From: Candidatus Latescibacterota bacterium
GTDB lineage: Bacteria; Latescibacterota; UBA2968; UBA8231
Reading direction: 5' to 3'
Assembly (NCBI GenBank): GCA_963422735.1
Contig: OY730476.1
Coordinates: forward strand, 4,704,001-4,768,000
DNA length: 64,000 bases
Made by a program: the position numbers and the translations under genes. The number at the start of each line of letters is the position of its first letter. The first letter of the stretch is position 1. The notes under the pieces are model-generated. The model was not told the origin of the DNA. It saw nothing but the letters and a program-made list of their open reading frames with translations, and searched no databases. Shown in pieces: positions 39,774 through 49,357 of this stretch.

Positions 39774-41672
39774 CTAGTTTCCGTATAGCGGGTGGCCTTG
39801 CCCGGGGAACCAAATCATATCGACGCAAAAGGACAGGCCAATCCCGGTGAAGTACCCGAGGATGAGGCCGATGAAAAAGGGCTGGGCGCGGTGGTAGAAG
39901 CCGATGCCGCCCGAACGCATAATAGCCCATTTGGCCAGCCAAGAGACGAAGATCGAAAAGACGATAATGGTCATTGGGTAGGAACAGATGCCGACCGGCA
40001 TGCCAATGGGGTGTAGGGGCCACCAAGAGAAGCGGTAGCGCATAAAGGTCAACAGCCCCATGGCGCCCGCGCCGCTGACGAGGTGGGCCAATCGCGTCCA
40101 ATCCGGGGTCTTGAGGTCGATTTTGCGCAGGCTCTCCACGTAGGGCACTTGCGAGCCTGTGCCGAAGATCCATCCCCCGTAGTTGTACGCGCCAAAAGAG
40201 TAGCCCATGTAGAGCGCGAAGGCCATGGAGACGACGAGGGCCACCAGCGCCGAGAGGAGGATGTAGAAGCTCAGCCAGCGGCGGTTGCCGCGGATGTGGC
40301 TGGACACCTTGGCGCTGTTGGCCGCGGCGACCATGAAGAAGCCCTTGAGCTCGTGGTGCCAGCCGTAGGACAGCCCCATGGCGATGTTGCTCTGCGCGGT
40401 GGCGTACGGCCCAAGCGCGTAGCCGACAAAGGTCTGGCCGACTAGCGGTGCGCGGCTGAAAAGCAGGCCGCCCTCCATGATGATGCGCGTGATGCCCACG
40501 TAGAGAACCAAGGTGGCCAAGATGAAGAGCGCGACCGTGGGCGGGTTCATTCCGGCCCGCCACATCGAGAAGGCGATGTAGAGCAGGGCCAGCCCGCCGC
40601 CAAAGACGATCATCCGGTAGGACATCAGTTCGTCTGTATCGTCGATGTCCGCATCGTTGTACACGGCTTTGCGCCAGATCGCGCCGAGGTGTCCGCGCGC
40701 CATCCACAGCATGCCGCCGACGAGGGCGATCAGGGCGCCGAAAGACTGCCAGCCGATGCCGGGGTGCCCGAGGGTGTACACGTCGCGGCCAGCAATGGTG
40801 TAGCCAAAGCGGTTGAACAGGCCCTGTTGCAGCATGGTCAGCACAGTGAAAAACCACATGCTAAAGGACACGTCGAGATTGACGAAGTACGTGAAGCCAA
40901 CGATGGCCCAGTTGATATTCGTGTTGATGGCGGGAAATTCGCGGCCAATGCGGATGGGGTCGGAAAGATCGCGCGGGATGGGTGGAAAGGCCGGAGTAAA
41001 GTACGTGACCACATTCCACATAACCATGCAGAAGGGCAGGGCAAAGCCGAACCAGAACGCCTTTTGGCGGACGAAGCTGGGCCAGTTAGAGCCGCGCGGC
41101 GGGGCGATGAGCTGTTGGGGCAATTCCATCAGGGCAAAGGGCAGGCGCTCGTACTCGACCCACTGCTTGCGCAGGGCCGCGACCATGCACTGACACAAAA
41201 AGAAGATGGCCATCACCAAGCTGGTCCACCAAAAAAGCGGCCCGATCCAAGCGCCCCAAGGGATGGATTCGCCTGCGGGCAAGCCGTTGTAGAACCACTT
41301 GAGGGCAATCGCGTCGTTGGGCACCAGCCATTCCTCGATGTACTGCACTACTTTGCTCTGCCACTGATTCTCGGGCGAGGCAAAGTACTGGGGAGCGGCG
41401 ACTACCGCGATCATGTACGTGGAAGTGCCCCAGGTGGGAATCGAGGCCCCCACCAAAGACATAGTGAAGACGAAGCCCAGCTCGCTAGTGCTCAGGCCGC
41501 GCACTTTTAGTAGGGCATTGAGAAAAACCAAGCCGGTAAAGAGAAAGACCACGCTCAAGGGCAGGTAGCTGATTGCCCACTGCGAGGACTTGAGGATGAA
41601 CATGCTGTACGGGGCCCCGATGTTGATCAAGACCACGAGGCTCAAGCCGATGAGGAAGGCGCGTGCGGTCAT
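39774..41672 (-). CDS. DUF6785/DUF6784-type polytopic membrane protein (locus B)
   Basis: LRKQWVEYERLPF, WWPLHPIG, RSGGIGFY...PFFIGLILG. Confidence 0.75.
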   Translation of the reverse strand: MTARAFLIGLSLVVLINIGAPYSMFILKSSQWAISYLPLSVVFLFTGLVFLNALLKVRGLSTSELGFVFTMSLVGASIPTWGTSTYMIAVVAAPQYFASPENQWQSKVVQYIEEWLVPNDAIALKWFYNGLPAGESIPWGAWIGPLFWWTSLVMAIFFLCQCMVAALRKQWVEYERLPFALMELPQQLIAPPRGSNWPSFVRQKAFWFGFALPFCMVMWNVVTYFTPAFPPIPRDLSDPIRIGREFPAINTNINWAIVGFTYFVNLDVSFSMWFFTVLTMLQQGLFNRFGYTIAGRDVYTLGHPGIGWQSFGALIALVGGMLWMARGHLGAIWRKAVYNDADIDDTDELMSYRMIVFGGGLALLYIAFSMWRAGMNPPTVALFILATLVLYVGITRIIMEGGLLFSRAPLVGQTFVGYALGPYATAQSNIAMGLSYGWHHELKGFFMVAAANSAKVSSHIRGNRRWLSFYILLSALVALVVSMAFALYMGYSFGAYNYGGWIFGTGSQVPYVESLRKIDLKTPDWTRLAHLVSGAGAMGLLTFMRYRFSWWPLHPIGMPVGICSYPMTIIVFSIFVSWLAKWAIMRSGGIGFYHRAQPFFIGLILGYFTGIGLSFCVDMIWFPGQGHPLYGN

Positions 41673-41818
41673 GTCGGCTGCCCGGCGTAGCGCTGTCGGT
41701 CGTCCGTACTGGGAGCAAATTCGGACGGCACCGGCTCGCAGTACTCTTGGCGGCTCGCCGGCGCTAGGGTGCGCCACACGAGGAATCGCTTGCGCAGCAC
41801 GTTGAGGATTTGGCTCAT
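41669..41818 (-). other. 49-codon mini-ORF carrying a duplicated 3' end of the FtsX-like gene
   Basis: MSQILNVLRKRFLVWRTLAP...; contains an exact 41-bp repeat (41768-41808 = 42664-42704); GAGGGG RBS; ATGA overlap with the DUF6785 start. Confidence 0.7.
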
Positions 41819-41851
41819 GCCCCCTCGATCTTCTTGCGACTCTTCACGGCT

Positions 41852-42232
41852 TCAAACCTCCATGGTGACCACATCGTATCGCGGAATGTGGCCATCCCGG
41901 GTCACGAGGATCAACTCTTCGGTTCGAGCTTGGGCAATCAGCAACCGATCAAATGGATCCCGGTGGTACATTGGAAGGATGCCGGCCTGCTCAGCGTGAC
42001 GGAACGTCAGCGGAAGGTGAGTGAAACCCTTTTCCTCAACCAACCTCGACAGATTATCCGGAGCGACTAAGCGACCCTTTGCCCGCTTGACCGCGATTTC
42101 CCACCCGGTGATGGCACTAACGAAGACGTCATTGTGCGGATCGGCGATTGTGGCAAGGGTATCTTCGGCTAGTTGCTCAACATCGGATAGCCACCATAAA
42201 AAGGTGTGGGTGTCCAACAGTAGCTGCGACAT
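41852..42232 (-). CDS. vapC: VapC PIN-domain toxin
   Basis: LLLDTHTFLWW, VSAITGWEI, HRDPFDRLLIAQA...LVTRD. Confidence 0.92.
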   Translation of the reverse strand: MSQLLLDTHTFLWWLSDVEQLAEDTLATIADPHNDVFVSAITGWEIAVKRAKGRLVAPDNLSRLVEEKGFTHLPLTFRHAEQAGILPMYHRDPFDRLLIAQARTEELILVTRDGHIPRYDVVTMEV

Positions 42233-42234
42233 CG

Positions 42235-42489
42235 CTAACGCTTATCTGGAAAAATTTTCGCGTTCTCAAGCAGATCCATGAGTTCTTCATCGGGATCGTC
42301 GAAGTCTGGAGACATCCAGATCTTTCCTTCTAGCCCACCAGGCTGACGTTCCTCCAGCCGATCCCGATACGGTTCCAGCCGCAAATACGGCTCGCCGGCC
42401 TTGGCGATCACAATTTCTTCCCCGGCCCAAGCCAACTTGCCTAAGCGCGAAAGTTGCGATTTGGCCTCGTGCATGTTCACCTTCGTCAT
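42235..42489 (-). CDS. Phd/YefM family antitoxin
   Basis: VNMHEAKSQLSRL...AGEEIVIAKAGEP...GKIWMSPDFDDP. Confidence 0.92.
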   Translation of the reverse strand: MTKVNMHEAKSQLSRLGKLAWAGEEIVIAKAGEPYLRLEPYRDRLEERQPGGLEGKIWMSPDFDDPDEELMDLLENAKIFPDKR

Positions 42490-42503
42490 TGTGAATCCTC
42501 CGA

Positions 42504-42547
42504 TAGCTAAGTTAAGCTAAGTCTATTTTGTGGCGGGGCCTTGTCAA
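42504..42547 (-). promoter_or_regulatory. Promoter and probable operator of the TA operon
   Basis: TTGACA-N16-TAGACT on the minus strand, followed by repeated CTTAGCT. Confidence 0.5.
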
Positions 42548-42585
42548 GGGCGAACGGCAAGCGGTCTAGCGAGCAGACTTTGGCC

Positions 42586-45500
42586 CTACACCGCCTGCTG
42601 CCCAGCCCCGGCAAATGCCTCTTCCACCTCGTCCTGATACCCTTGACGGATCCCCGGCGACAAGGTGCGCCACACGAGGAATCGCTTGCGCAGCACGTTG
42701 AGGAACTTGCGATTCATCCGCTGCCAAGAAGCCACATCGCCGCTGAGGCGCTCGATATGGGTCTCGATCTTGTAGATGTGGTGCTCGCCGGTGGGAGTCG
42801 CCAGCAGGCGCACCTTTTGGCTGATCCCTAGGTCGTAGGGCGCCAGCCAAGTGCGCATGGCAATGGCGTAGGACGGCCCCGGCCCCTCTGCGGCGACGGA
42901 CAGCTCGACATTGCGGGCGATGAAATCGCCGATTGAGCCTTCGCCATACGCGGCGAAGACCGACTTGAGATACACGTACATGCTCGGCACTTCGGCCCCG
43001 GCGACCGTGAAGGGAAAGTCAAAGCGCCAGTGGCCGCCGATGGGTGGGGGGAGTTGCCATTGCCGCGTCACATCTGGGACGGCCATGTTGGCCGCCAAGC
43101 GCGCTGGATACAAGGTCGATAAATAGACCGTGCCGATGACGATGAGCGTAGCCCACACCGCAGAAAGCGATGAATAGTTGAGCGTCAGGCCAGCGAGCAG
43201 CCCGTATTGCAGCATGAACAGATGGGCAATTTGGCCCAAGGCGTAGCCAACCACCGCGCCAAAGGTGGCAAAGACTGCGGATTCGGCCAAAAACAGCAGG
43301 CCGATGTGGCTGGGAGCCAAGCCGACGACGCTGTAGATGCCGATTTCGCGCACGCGCTCATACACGGCCCCCATCATGGTATTGAGCACGATCAAGGCGG
43401 CGATGATTACCGGCACCAAAAGCTGGCCGGCCCCGCTTATTTGGGTGGATCCGATCGAGCTGTAGGCCACCACGCGATCGCCTTGGCCGACGAACAAGGT
43501 CAGCGCAACCCGCGACATAAAGGACTCCACGCGCTGGACGAATTCCGGGTTGTCCGCGTCTGCGGCAATGGCGATGGAGCGCAGACGGCCGTCCATGTCG
43601 CGGACGCGCTGGTAGGGCAAGAAGAGGGTGTTGACCACTTCGAGGTGGTTGAAGGTTTCGACCGCGGTGGCCGCCAAGGCGCGCGGATCCTCGGTGCTCT
43701 CGCGAGTGATTAGGCCGGCGTCTTTGACCGTATCGACGGGCGTTAGGCGTTCGCCATCGAGATCGACGACCTCTTTCAGGGCCGCGCTGTCGAACAGGCC
43801 GATGACCTGGTACTCCTCGCCGTAGAGCGCGATGGCAGCCGTACCCACATCCTCGGCCCCAATGCCGACGAGCGCGGCTAGGCTGTCGGGCAAAATGACG
43901 GCCTTGTCGTCGCCCGCGGCGAAGAAGCGGCCGGCCGAGAGGTGCGCGTCGAGGCCCGTGACCTCTGCTTCGGCTGGCTGTAGGCCCACCAAGCCGTGCG
44001 CGAAACTAGCCGCGCCGGTCGCGGTGACTGCAAAGTCGATATAGGCCCGCTCGGATTCGACCGGCGACAAGTACCAAGCGCGCGGCACGACCAAGGCGCG
44101 GTCGCCGAACGCGCTCTGCACGTAGTCCAAAATGGAATCCTGCATGCCGCGCCAAGCGCGATCGCGGATGAGGCCGCCCTCGTACAGAGGCGGGGTGTCG
44201 CGCGGTAGGCGATAGAAGTCGAGGCTGGACTTGACCGAAGTAAAGGAATTGACGGTAAAGGTCAAAAAGGTCAGGGTCGCGGCCGTCAGCGCGGTGCGCA
44301 GGCGGCGCTTGCTCAAGTTGGAGATGCCCAACAGCACGGCCGCAAAACCCGCGGCGAGGCGGCCCACGTCGGTCTCGTGCAGGCCCGCGGCCGCGCCCTT
44401 GCGCCGTTGCAGCAGCGCCTTGAAGCGCGCGACGACGATGCAGATGACGAGGACGCCCAAGGCGAGGATGACAAACGCGAGGAAGATGATGTACGGCGAG
44501 GTGCTCAACTTGAAGGCCGGATGGACGAAGCGCAAAATTAAAAACACGAGGACGAAGATGCCGACAAAGCCGGCAATTTGCCGCCGCACGTCCGGGAAGC
44601 CGAAGAAGAATCGCTCGCAGAAGAAGGCAAAAGGCAACAGGAGCGCGAAGTAGAAAATCACCGCGCGGACCGCGTCGTTGGCAGTAGCCTTGACTTCCGG
44701 GTAGATGCGGGCCTCCAGCCCGAGGGCGCGGCGGACCGCGCGCTGGTAGCCGGTGTAATCGAAAGCCGCGAGTTTGTCGCGGGCTTCGAGCAGGGCCTCC
44801 CGCGCTTGGTCGTGCATGGCCTGTACCTGTTCGAGGACGATGCCGTGGCGCACCATTTGTTTGATCCGCGCCTCGTCGAGGATCCAGATGTCGCGGGCCG
44901 CTTGCAATGCTGGGTAGGGAATGAGGCCTTGTTCGACCGGGAAGCCCGCGCCCTGTGCCCGCTCAATGGTCGCCAGATCGACGCGGGCCGGGTCGAGATC
45001 GGCGAACAGGGCTGAGTCCGCATTGGTGAGCATGTAGCGCACGCCGGCGAGTGCGCTCTCGCCGCCAAAGGCACCCTCGCCCGCGAGAATTTTGACGCGG
45101 GTGCCCGGTTCGGCGAACACCACGCCGGCCTGCACCACCCGCTCCTGCACTGCGCTTTGGTTTTCGATGTAGCTGAGGGAAAACGAGCGCGGCGGGGCGT
45201 CGTTGGTGCCGAGGACATTGACGCGGTCCATGGCGGATAGATAGCGCGGATCAACCACCTTCAAGAAGCTGAGGGCGCGGCAGCGAAAGAGAACCTGCAA
45301 CATGCGGTTTTCCCACCATCCATAAGGCTGGATGCCCGGATAGGTTTTGTCGCCCTCCTCGCCGAGGTCGGGCGCGGAGACGATGCGCCCATATTCGTCG
45401 AGTTCAAAGGCTTGTACTCGGTTGGCAAAGCGGTTGCGCACGATGTCGAACTTAAAGTAGCCTGTTTCGTCCCCATGCGTGACCATAAGGGTGCGTACGC

Positions 45501-47181
45501 CAGCTACGGAGTTGGGGCCGGGCTGGAGATAGGTGACGAGGGCTTGGGGCACTGGGGCCTTGGGCACGGCAAAATTTACGTCGCGGTCGAACCAGTAGAT
45601 ATTGCCCTCTAGGCTGTGCCCCCAATCGCGCAGGGTCAGCTTGGTGTCGTTGAAAAAGTCCGGGTCGGAAGCGGCTTTGAGCAGCAGTCCGGCTATGGTG
45701 CGGGTCTGTTCGGCGAGGTTGTCGAGCGCGACGAATTCGAGCCGATCGAGGGGCGTATCGATGCGCTGGCGCAGTTGGTTGGGCGTGACGAAAGAAAGCG
45801 CCTCCTTGCCCACGAAGGCCGCCGCCTCGCTGTCGAGGGCCAGCCGCACGGGCATGAAGTTTTTCCACACCCGTTTCTGCGGAGCAATAGCGTCTTGGTA
45901 GCGAGTCGAGTCGGCGAAAATCTCGCGGTTATAGCGAGCAAAACGCGAGGCGTAGTGCGCCATCAAGTTCTTCTGATAGTCGTCGTTGCGCCAAGCCGAG
46001 TTGTAGAACGTGCCCATGGTGAAGCTGCCAACCCGGGGGCTGTGGCTGGCCAAGTCGAGGCCGACGAAGAGGCGGAAGTCGATGCGCTCAGCGGGTGGGA
46101 TCTGGTCGCGGAAATGCTCGCTTTTGCGTGCGTGGCGGTAGAGAAAATCGTTGACGCCGGCCAAGCCCTGAAAATGCCCGGGAGTGGCCAAAAAGAGCAC
46201 GGTGTAGCGGGTGCCTTCAGCGACGAGCAGACGCGCGATTTCGAGCAGCGCGGCCATGCCGGTCGCGCTCTCGGCCCCCGGGGCTAGGGCGGGGACGACC
46301 GAGATCGCATCGTAGTGAGCTTGCAGGACGATGATTTGGTCGCCCCACTGCTGGATTTCGCGGCGCTGGCCGCGCGGCATGTCCTCGGCCAAGCCCGGGA
46401 GGACGGCGAATATATTGCGCGCCCGGATCTGCTCCCAGTCCATGCGCGCTTTGAGATGCACCTCGGCATTGCCGGTGCTCGCTTGCTGCCGCAGGACTTC
46501 GGCGTCGGCCGCTTCTACCCAAAAGCGCGGGATGTCCACGGGCACTTGGAGGAATTTCTCGGCGGCCTCACTGCGCGTGACGCGGCCATCGTCGTACAGC
46601 AAGATAGCCTGCGCTCCCAAGGCCCGTGCTTCGACATGGGCGTTGCCCGAGCCAAATCCCATCAGCGCGATGCTGCCCGCTAGCCGCTTCCCGTCCATCT
46701 CGGCCAAGCGGCCGCGCCCCAAGTCTATGAGGTGGCCGGAGATGCCGCCCGGCGGCAGGGACGGTGGGCGCACGTGGTTGGGCCACAATCCGTAGATGGG
46801 GATGGTCGCGTCCGAGCCGGCCAAGCGCAGCCGACCGCCGCGATCTAGGGGGACGGAAAGGGGAAAAAATTCGCTGGTGACTTGGAGGCCGAGGCCGCGG
46901 AATTCCCCTTCGATATAGCGGGCTGCGTTCGCGGCCCCCGCATAGCCGGTGATTCGAGACGAGTCCGCAGTGAGGATGCGGAGATGCCGCTCTAGGTCGG
47001 CAGCGTTTATTTGCGCGACGGCTTCGCGCAGCGAGGGTGCTTGGTTGGTGGGCGGAGATTCGCGCAGCGGTACCCAGCCAATGGCCCGTTCAATCCAGCG
47101 CGAAATCGCAGCCGGATCAAAGGCCGTGACCGATAACAGGAAGAAGGCCGCGGTGGCGAACAGGAGGAATTTGGTCAGCAT
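42586..47181 (-). CDS. Giant M28-peptidase-like ectodomain / FtsX-like permease fusion
   Basis: SRITGYAG, QAHYDAISVVPALAPGAE..TGMAALLEIAR; internal TM block; ISNLSKRRLRTALT; VYERVREIGIYSVVGLAPSHI..LFLAES; YPARLAA. Confidence 0.8.
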   Translation of the reverse strand: MLTKFLLFATAAFFLLSVTAFDPAAISRWIERAIGWVPLRESPPTNQAPSLREAVAQINAADLERHLRILTADSSRITGYAGAANAARYIEGEFRGLGLQVTSEFFPLSVPLDRGGRLRLAGSDATIPIYGLWPNHVRPPSLPPGGISGHLIDLGRGRLAEMDGKRLAGSIALMGFGSGNAHVEARALGAQAILLYDDGRVTRSEAAEKFLQVPVDIPRFWVEAADAEVLRQQASTGNAEVHLKARMDWEQIRARNIFAVLPGLAEDMPRGQRREIQQWGDQIIVLQAHYDAISVVPALAPGAESATGMAALLEIARLLVAEGTRYTVLFLATPGHFQGLAGVNDFLYRHARKSEHFRDQIPPAERIDFRLFVGLDLASHSPRVGSFTMGTFYNSAWRNDDYQKNLMAHYASRFARYNREIFADSTRYQDAIAPQKRVWKNFMPVRLALDSEAAAFVGKEALSFVTPNQLRQRIDTPLDRLEFVALDNLAEQTRTIAGLLLKAASDPDFFNDTKLTLRDWGHSLEGNIYWFDRDVNFAVPKAPVPQALVTYLQPGPNSVAGVRTLMVTHGDETGYFKFDIVRNRFANRVQAFELDEYGRIVSAPDLGEEGDKTYPGIQPYGWWENRMLQVLFRCRALSFLKVVDPRYLSAMDRVNVLGTNDAPPRSFSLSYIENQSAVQERVVQAGVVFAEPGTRVKILAGEGAFGGESALAGVRYMLTNADSALFADLDPARVDLATIERAQGAGFPVEQGLIPYPALQAARDIWILDEARIKQMVRHGIVLEQVQAMHDQAREALLEARDKLAAFDYTGYQRAVRRALGLEARIYPEVKATANDAVRAVIFYFALLLPFAFFCERFFFGFPDVRRQIAGFVGIFVLVFLILRFVHPAFKLSTSPYIIFLAFVILALGVLVICIVVARFKALLQRRKGAAAGLHETDVGRLAAGFAAVLLGISNLSKRRLRTALTAATLTFLTFTVNSFTSVKSSLDFYRLPRDTPPLYEGGLIRDRAWRGMQDSILDYVQSAFGDRALVVPRAWYLSPVESERAYIDFAVTATGAASFAHGLVGLQPAEAEVTGLDAHLSAGRFFAAGDDKAVILPDSLAALVGIGAEDVGTAAIALYGEEYQVIGLFDSAALKEVVDLDGERLTPVDTVKDAGLITRESTEDPRALAATAVETFNHLEVVNTLFLPYQRVRDMDGRLRSIAIAADADNPEFVQRVESFMSRVALTLFVGQGDRVVAYSSIGSTQISGAGQLLVPVIIAALIVLNTMMGAVYERVREIGIYSVVGLAPSHIGLLFLAESAVFATFGAVVGYALGQIAHLFMLQYGLLAGLTLNYSSLSAVWATLIVIGTVYLSTLYPARLAANMAVPDVTRQWQLPPPIGGHWRFDFPFTVAGAEVPSMYVYLKSVFAAYGEGSIGDFIARNVELSVAAEGPGPSYAIAMRTWLAPYDLGISQKVRLLATPTGEHHIYKIETHIERLSGDVASWQRMNRKFLNVLRKRFLVWRTLSPGIRQGYQDEVEEAFAGAGQQAV

Positions 47182-47209
47182 TGATGAACGGGTGCCGGGC
47201 AGCGGACAG

Positions 47210-47234
47210 AAAAAGAGGCAGGCCGCGGCCTGCC
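47210..47234 (-). terminator. Rho-independent terminator
   Basis: GGCAGGCC-GC-GGCCTGCC followed by TCTTTTT on the minus strand. Confidence 0.7.
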
Positions 47235-47262
47235 CCTAGGCTATTCAACTGGACCAACCCGG

Positions 47263-48027
47263 CTAGTTGGCCGCCAACTTGTCGATGTTTTTGACCTTCT
47301 CAATGTCGCGTTTAAAGCGGAAGCGGAGGTCAATGGTCTCTATGGGTTCGTTGCGGAAGTCGTAGCGCAGCCCAAACTCGGGAATCTCAACGGTGATCTC
47401 GGCGACGTCGTCGTGAATTTTAGAGAAGACCACGTAGCCCTCGACCTCTTGCCCCGAGAAGCAAAACTCGTCGTCTGGGTACTTGGCTTGGGTGTAGATA
47501 GCGTAGCGCTCGTTGTAGCGCATATAGCCCAAACCGTTGAAGGCCAGTGGGAAACGCCTGAAGTACTCTTCTACGTCATAACTTCCCCAAGGATAATAGT
47601 GCCGCCCATTTGCCGACTCCGCGGTTACCATCAGCGGGTCGAACTTGACCTTGGGGTATTCATAGTTTTTGACCGCGATCTTGAAGATGGACAAGCGCTG
47701 CGGCGACTTGCCCGTACGCGGATCAATCCAATTGCCATAGGTGAACGGATTGGACGGTAGTTCGTCGGCCGGACCACTGGCGTTGGTGGACTCGGCCGGG
47801 TACTGGCGGTTGATCTCCTCATCGGTCATGGGCCGCACGGACACTTCGAGGCGGTTCTGCACGAAAGTGACCGTGCCATCGTCGAGGATTTTCATGCTCG
47901 ACCCTTGAATATCGGTCTGTTGCTGGGATGCCTCTAAGGGCTGAAACAGCCCGGGGACTAGGTAGTGGCCGCAGCCCAACAAGAGGGCCGCAGCGGCGAG
48001 GATGGAAATTTTTTGGTAAGCGTACAT
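47263..48027 (-). CDS. Conserved uncharacterised lipoprotein (locus B)
   Basis: Lipobox LLGC; DDGTVTFVQNRLEV, NPFTYGNW, VKNYEYPKV, FSGQEVEGY, LRYDFR. Confidence 0.8.
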   Translation of the reverse strand: MYAYQKISILAAAALLLGCGHYLVPGLFQPLEASQQQTDIQGSSMKILDDGTVTFVQNRLEVSVRPMTDEEINRQYPAESTNASGPADELPSNPFTYGNWIDPRTGKSPQRLSIFKIAVKNYEYPKVKFDPLMVTAESANGRHYYPWGSYDVEEYFRRFPLAFNGLGYMRYNERYAIYTQAKYPDDEFCFSGQEVEGYVVFSKIHDDVAEITVEIPEFGLRYDFRNEPIETIDLRFRFKRDIEKVKNIDKLAAN

Positions 48028-48049
48028 GGAATACTCCTCTCTGACGGAC

Positions 48050-49357
48050 TTATCGCTCGACTGGATTTGCAGCCTGTCTCCGCCGGGATACAAATTCCCC
48101 AAACGGTCCTTCCTCCACCGCGATGACCGCAGCGTATTTCTCGCGCAGTTGCTCGATGTAGCGGTCGAATAGGGGCGCGGCTTGGGCGTCGCGCAAATCG
48201 CGCGCGACTTGCGTTTGCAATTCTCGCTCGAGCGCGTTCGAGCGGGTGTAGCGTTGCGCGTTGGCCTCGTAAAAGGCGCGTACCTGCGTGGGGTCAATCT
48301 GGATGTGGGCGAATATCTCTCGCTCCCACAAGGCTTGGATCAGCTTCTGTTCGCGCACCTTTGCGCGGCGCGGCTCCAACTCGGCGTAAAAATTGTGCTT
48401 GTGCGCCTCCTGCGGCAGGATCTGGTCGGCGACAAAGGCCCGCGTCACCTTGAACCCGAGGACGCTGACATCGGCCGGCAGCGGCTCGGCGTCTGCACCG
48501 AGCCGGACGAGGGCCTGCTGGTAGTCTGCCGCACTCCAGGCACCCGCGACACTGCTGACCAACCGCACTTCCGGTCGCGCCGCGCCCGCGGCGACCTGTC
48601 GCAACGCGGCCGTGTCTAACTGCACAGCGTACTGATTTGTCAACTTCTCCAGATAGGCCAAGTTCGCCTGTTGCTTCTTGTGTCGGCTTAGGGCCGCTTC
48701 CACGAGCGGGCGGCGGTCCGCCAACGCGACTTCGCGTTCAGCAGCAATGGTTATTACCCAATACTGCCCGTTGGTTTCCACCAACTCAACGTCTCCCACC
48801 TCGCGCAGGAAAAGGGCGGCCACCCGCGCGTCGTGCGCGTTGAGCGCGTTGAGCCACCCGCTCTCGCTCCACTCCCCGGGCAAATCCGCTCCATCCTGAG
48901 CTTTTCTGAGCATCTCCATGGCTGCGGCCCGCTCGCGCACGGGCAAGCGACGCAGGCGAATTTCGCGTGCCGCGCCCGATTCGGCGAAGAATTCTGCAAG
49001 CTCAGTTTCCGCATAAGCCAACTGCTGGCCCATTTCGCGCACGAGCAATGCTTCGACTAGCTCCTTGCGTTCCCAAGCCGCCACTGCACTGGCGACCGCT
49101 TCGTCTAGCCCTTGGGCGCGGGCTTCGAGCAGCAGGAGCTCCTTGTCGATGAGTGCCTGAAATTGGCGTCGCCAATCCGCGAGAGTCTGGGCTTGGCTAC
49201 CGGCGGGTAGCTTTTCTAGGGCAGCGACAAAATCCTGCGCGCTAATCTCGGCCTCACCCACTCGGGCGAGGATCGCCGACGCGCTTTCTGGCGGCGCGTC
49301 GGCGCAGGCTGAGAATCCCAAAGCGAGGAGGGCCACCTGTGGCTTTAGAAGCTCCAT
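48050..49357 (-). CDS. SurA/PpiC-like chaperone lipoprotein, divergent (locus B)
   Basis: Lipobox FSAC; LARVGEAEIS, LIDKELLLLEARAQGLD, FYEAN, YIEQLREKYA; similar to 16232-17902. Confidence 0.65.
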   Translation of the reverse strand: MELLKPQVALLALGFSACADAPPESASAILARVGEAEISAQDFVAALEKLPAGSQAQTLADWRRQFQALIDKELLLLEARAQGLDEAVASAVAAWERKELVEALLVREMGQQLAYAETELAEFFAESGAAREIRLRRLPVRERAAAMEMLRKAQDGADLPGEWSESGWLNALNAHDARVAALFLREVGDVELVETNGQYWVITIAAEREVALADRRPLVEAALSRHKKQQANLAYLEKLTNQYAVQLDTAALRQVAAGAARPEVRLVSSVAGAWSAADYQQALVRLGADAEPLPADVSVLGFKVTRAFVADQILPQEAHKHNFYAELEPRRAKVREQKLIQALWEREIFAHIQIDPTQVRAFYEANAQRYTRSNALERELQTQVARDLRDAQAAPLFDRYIEQLREKYAAVIAVEEGPFGEFVSRRRQAANPVER

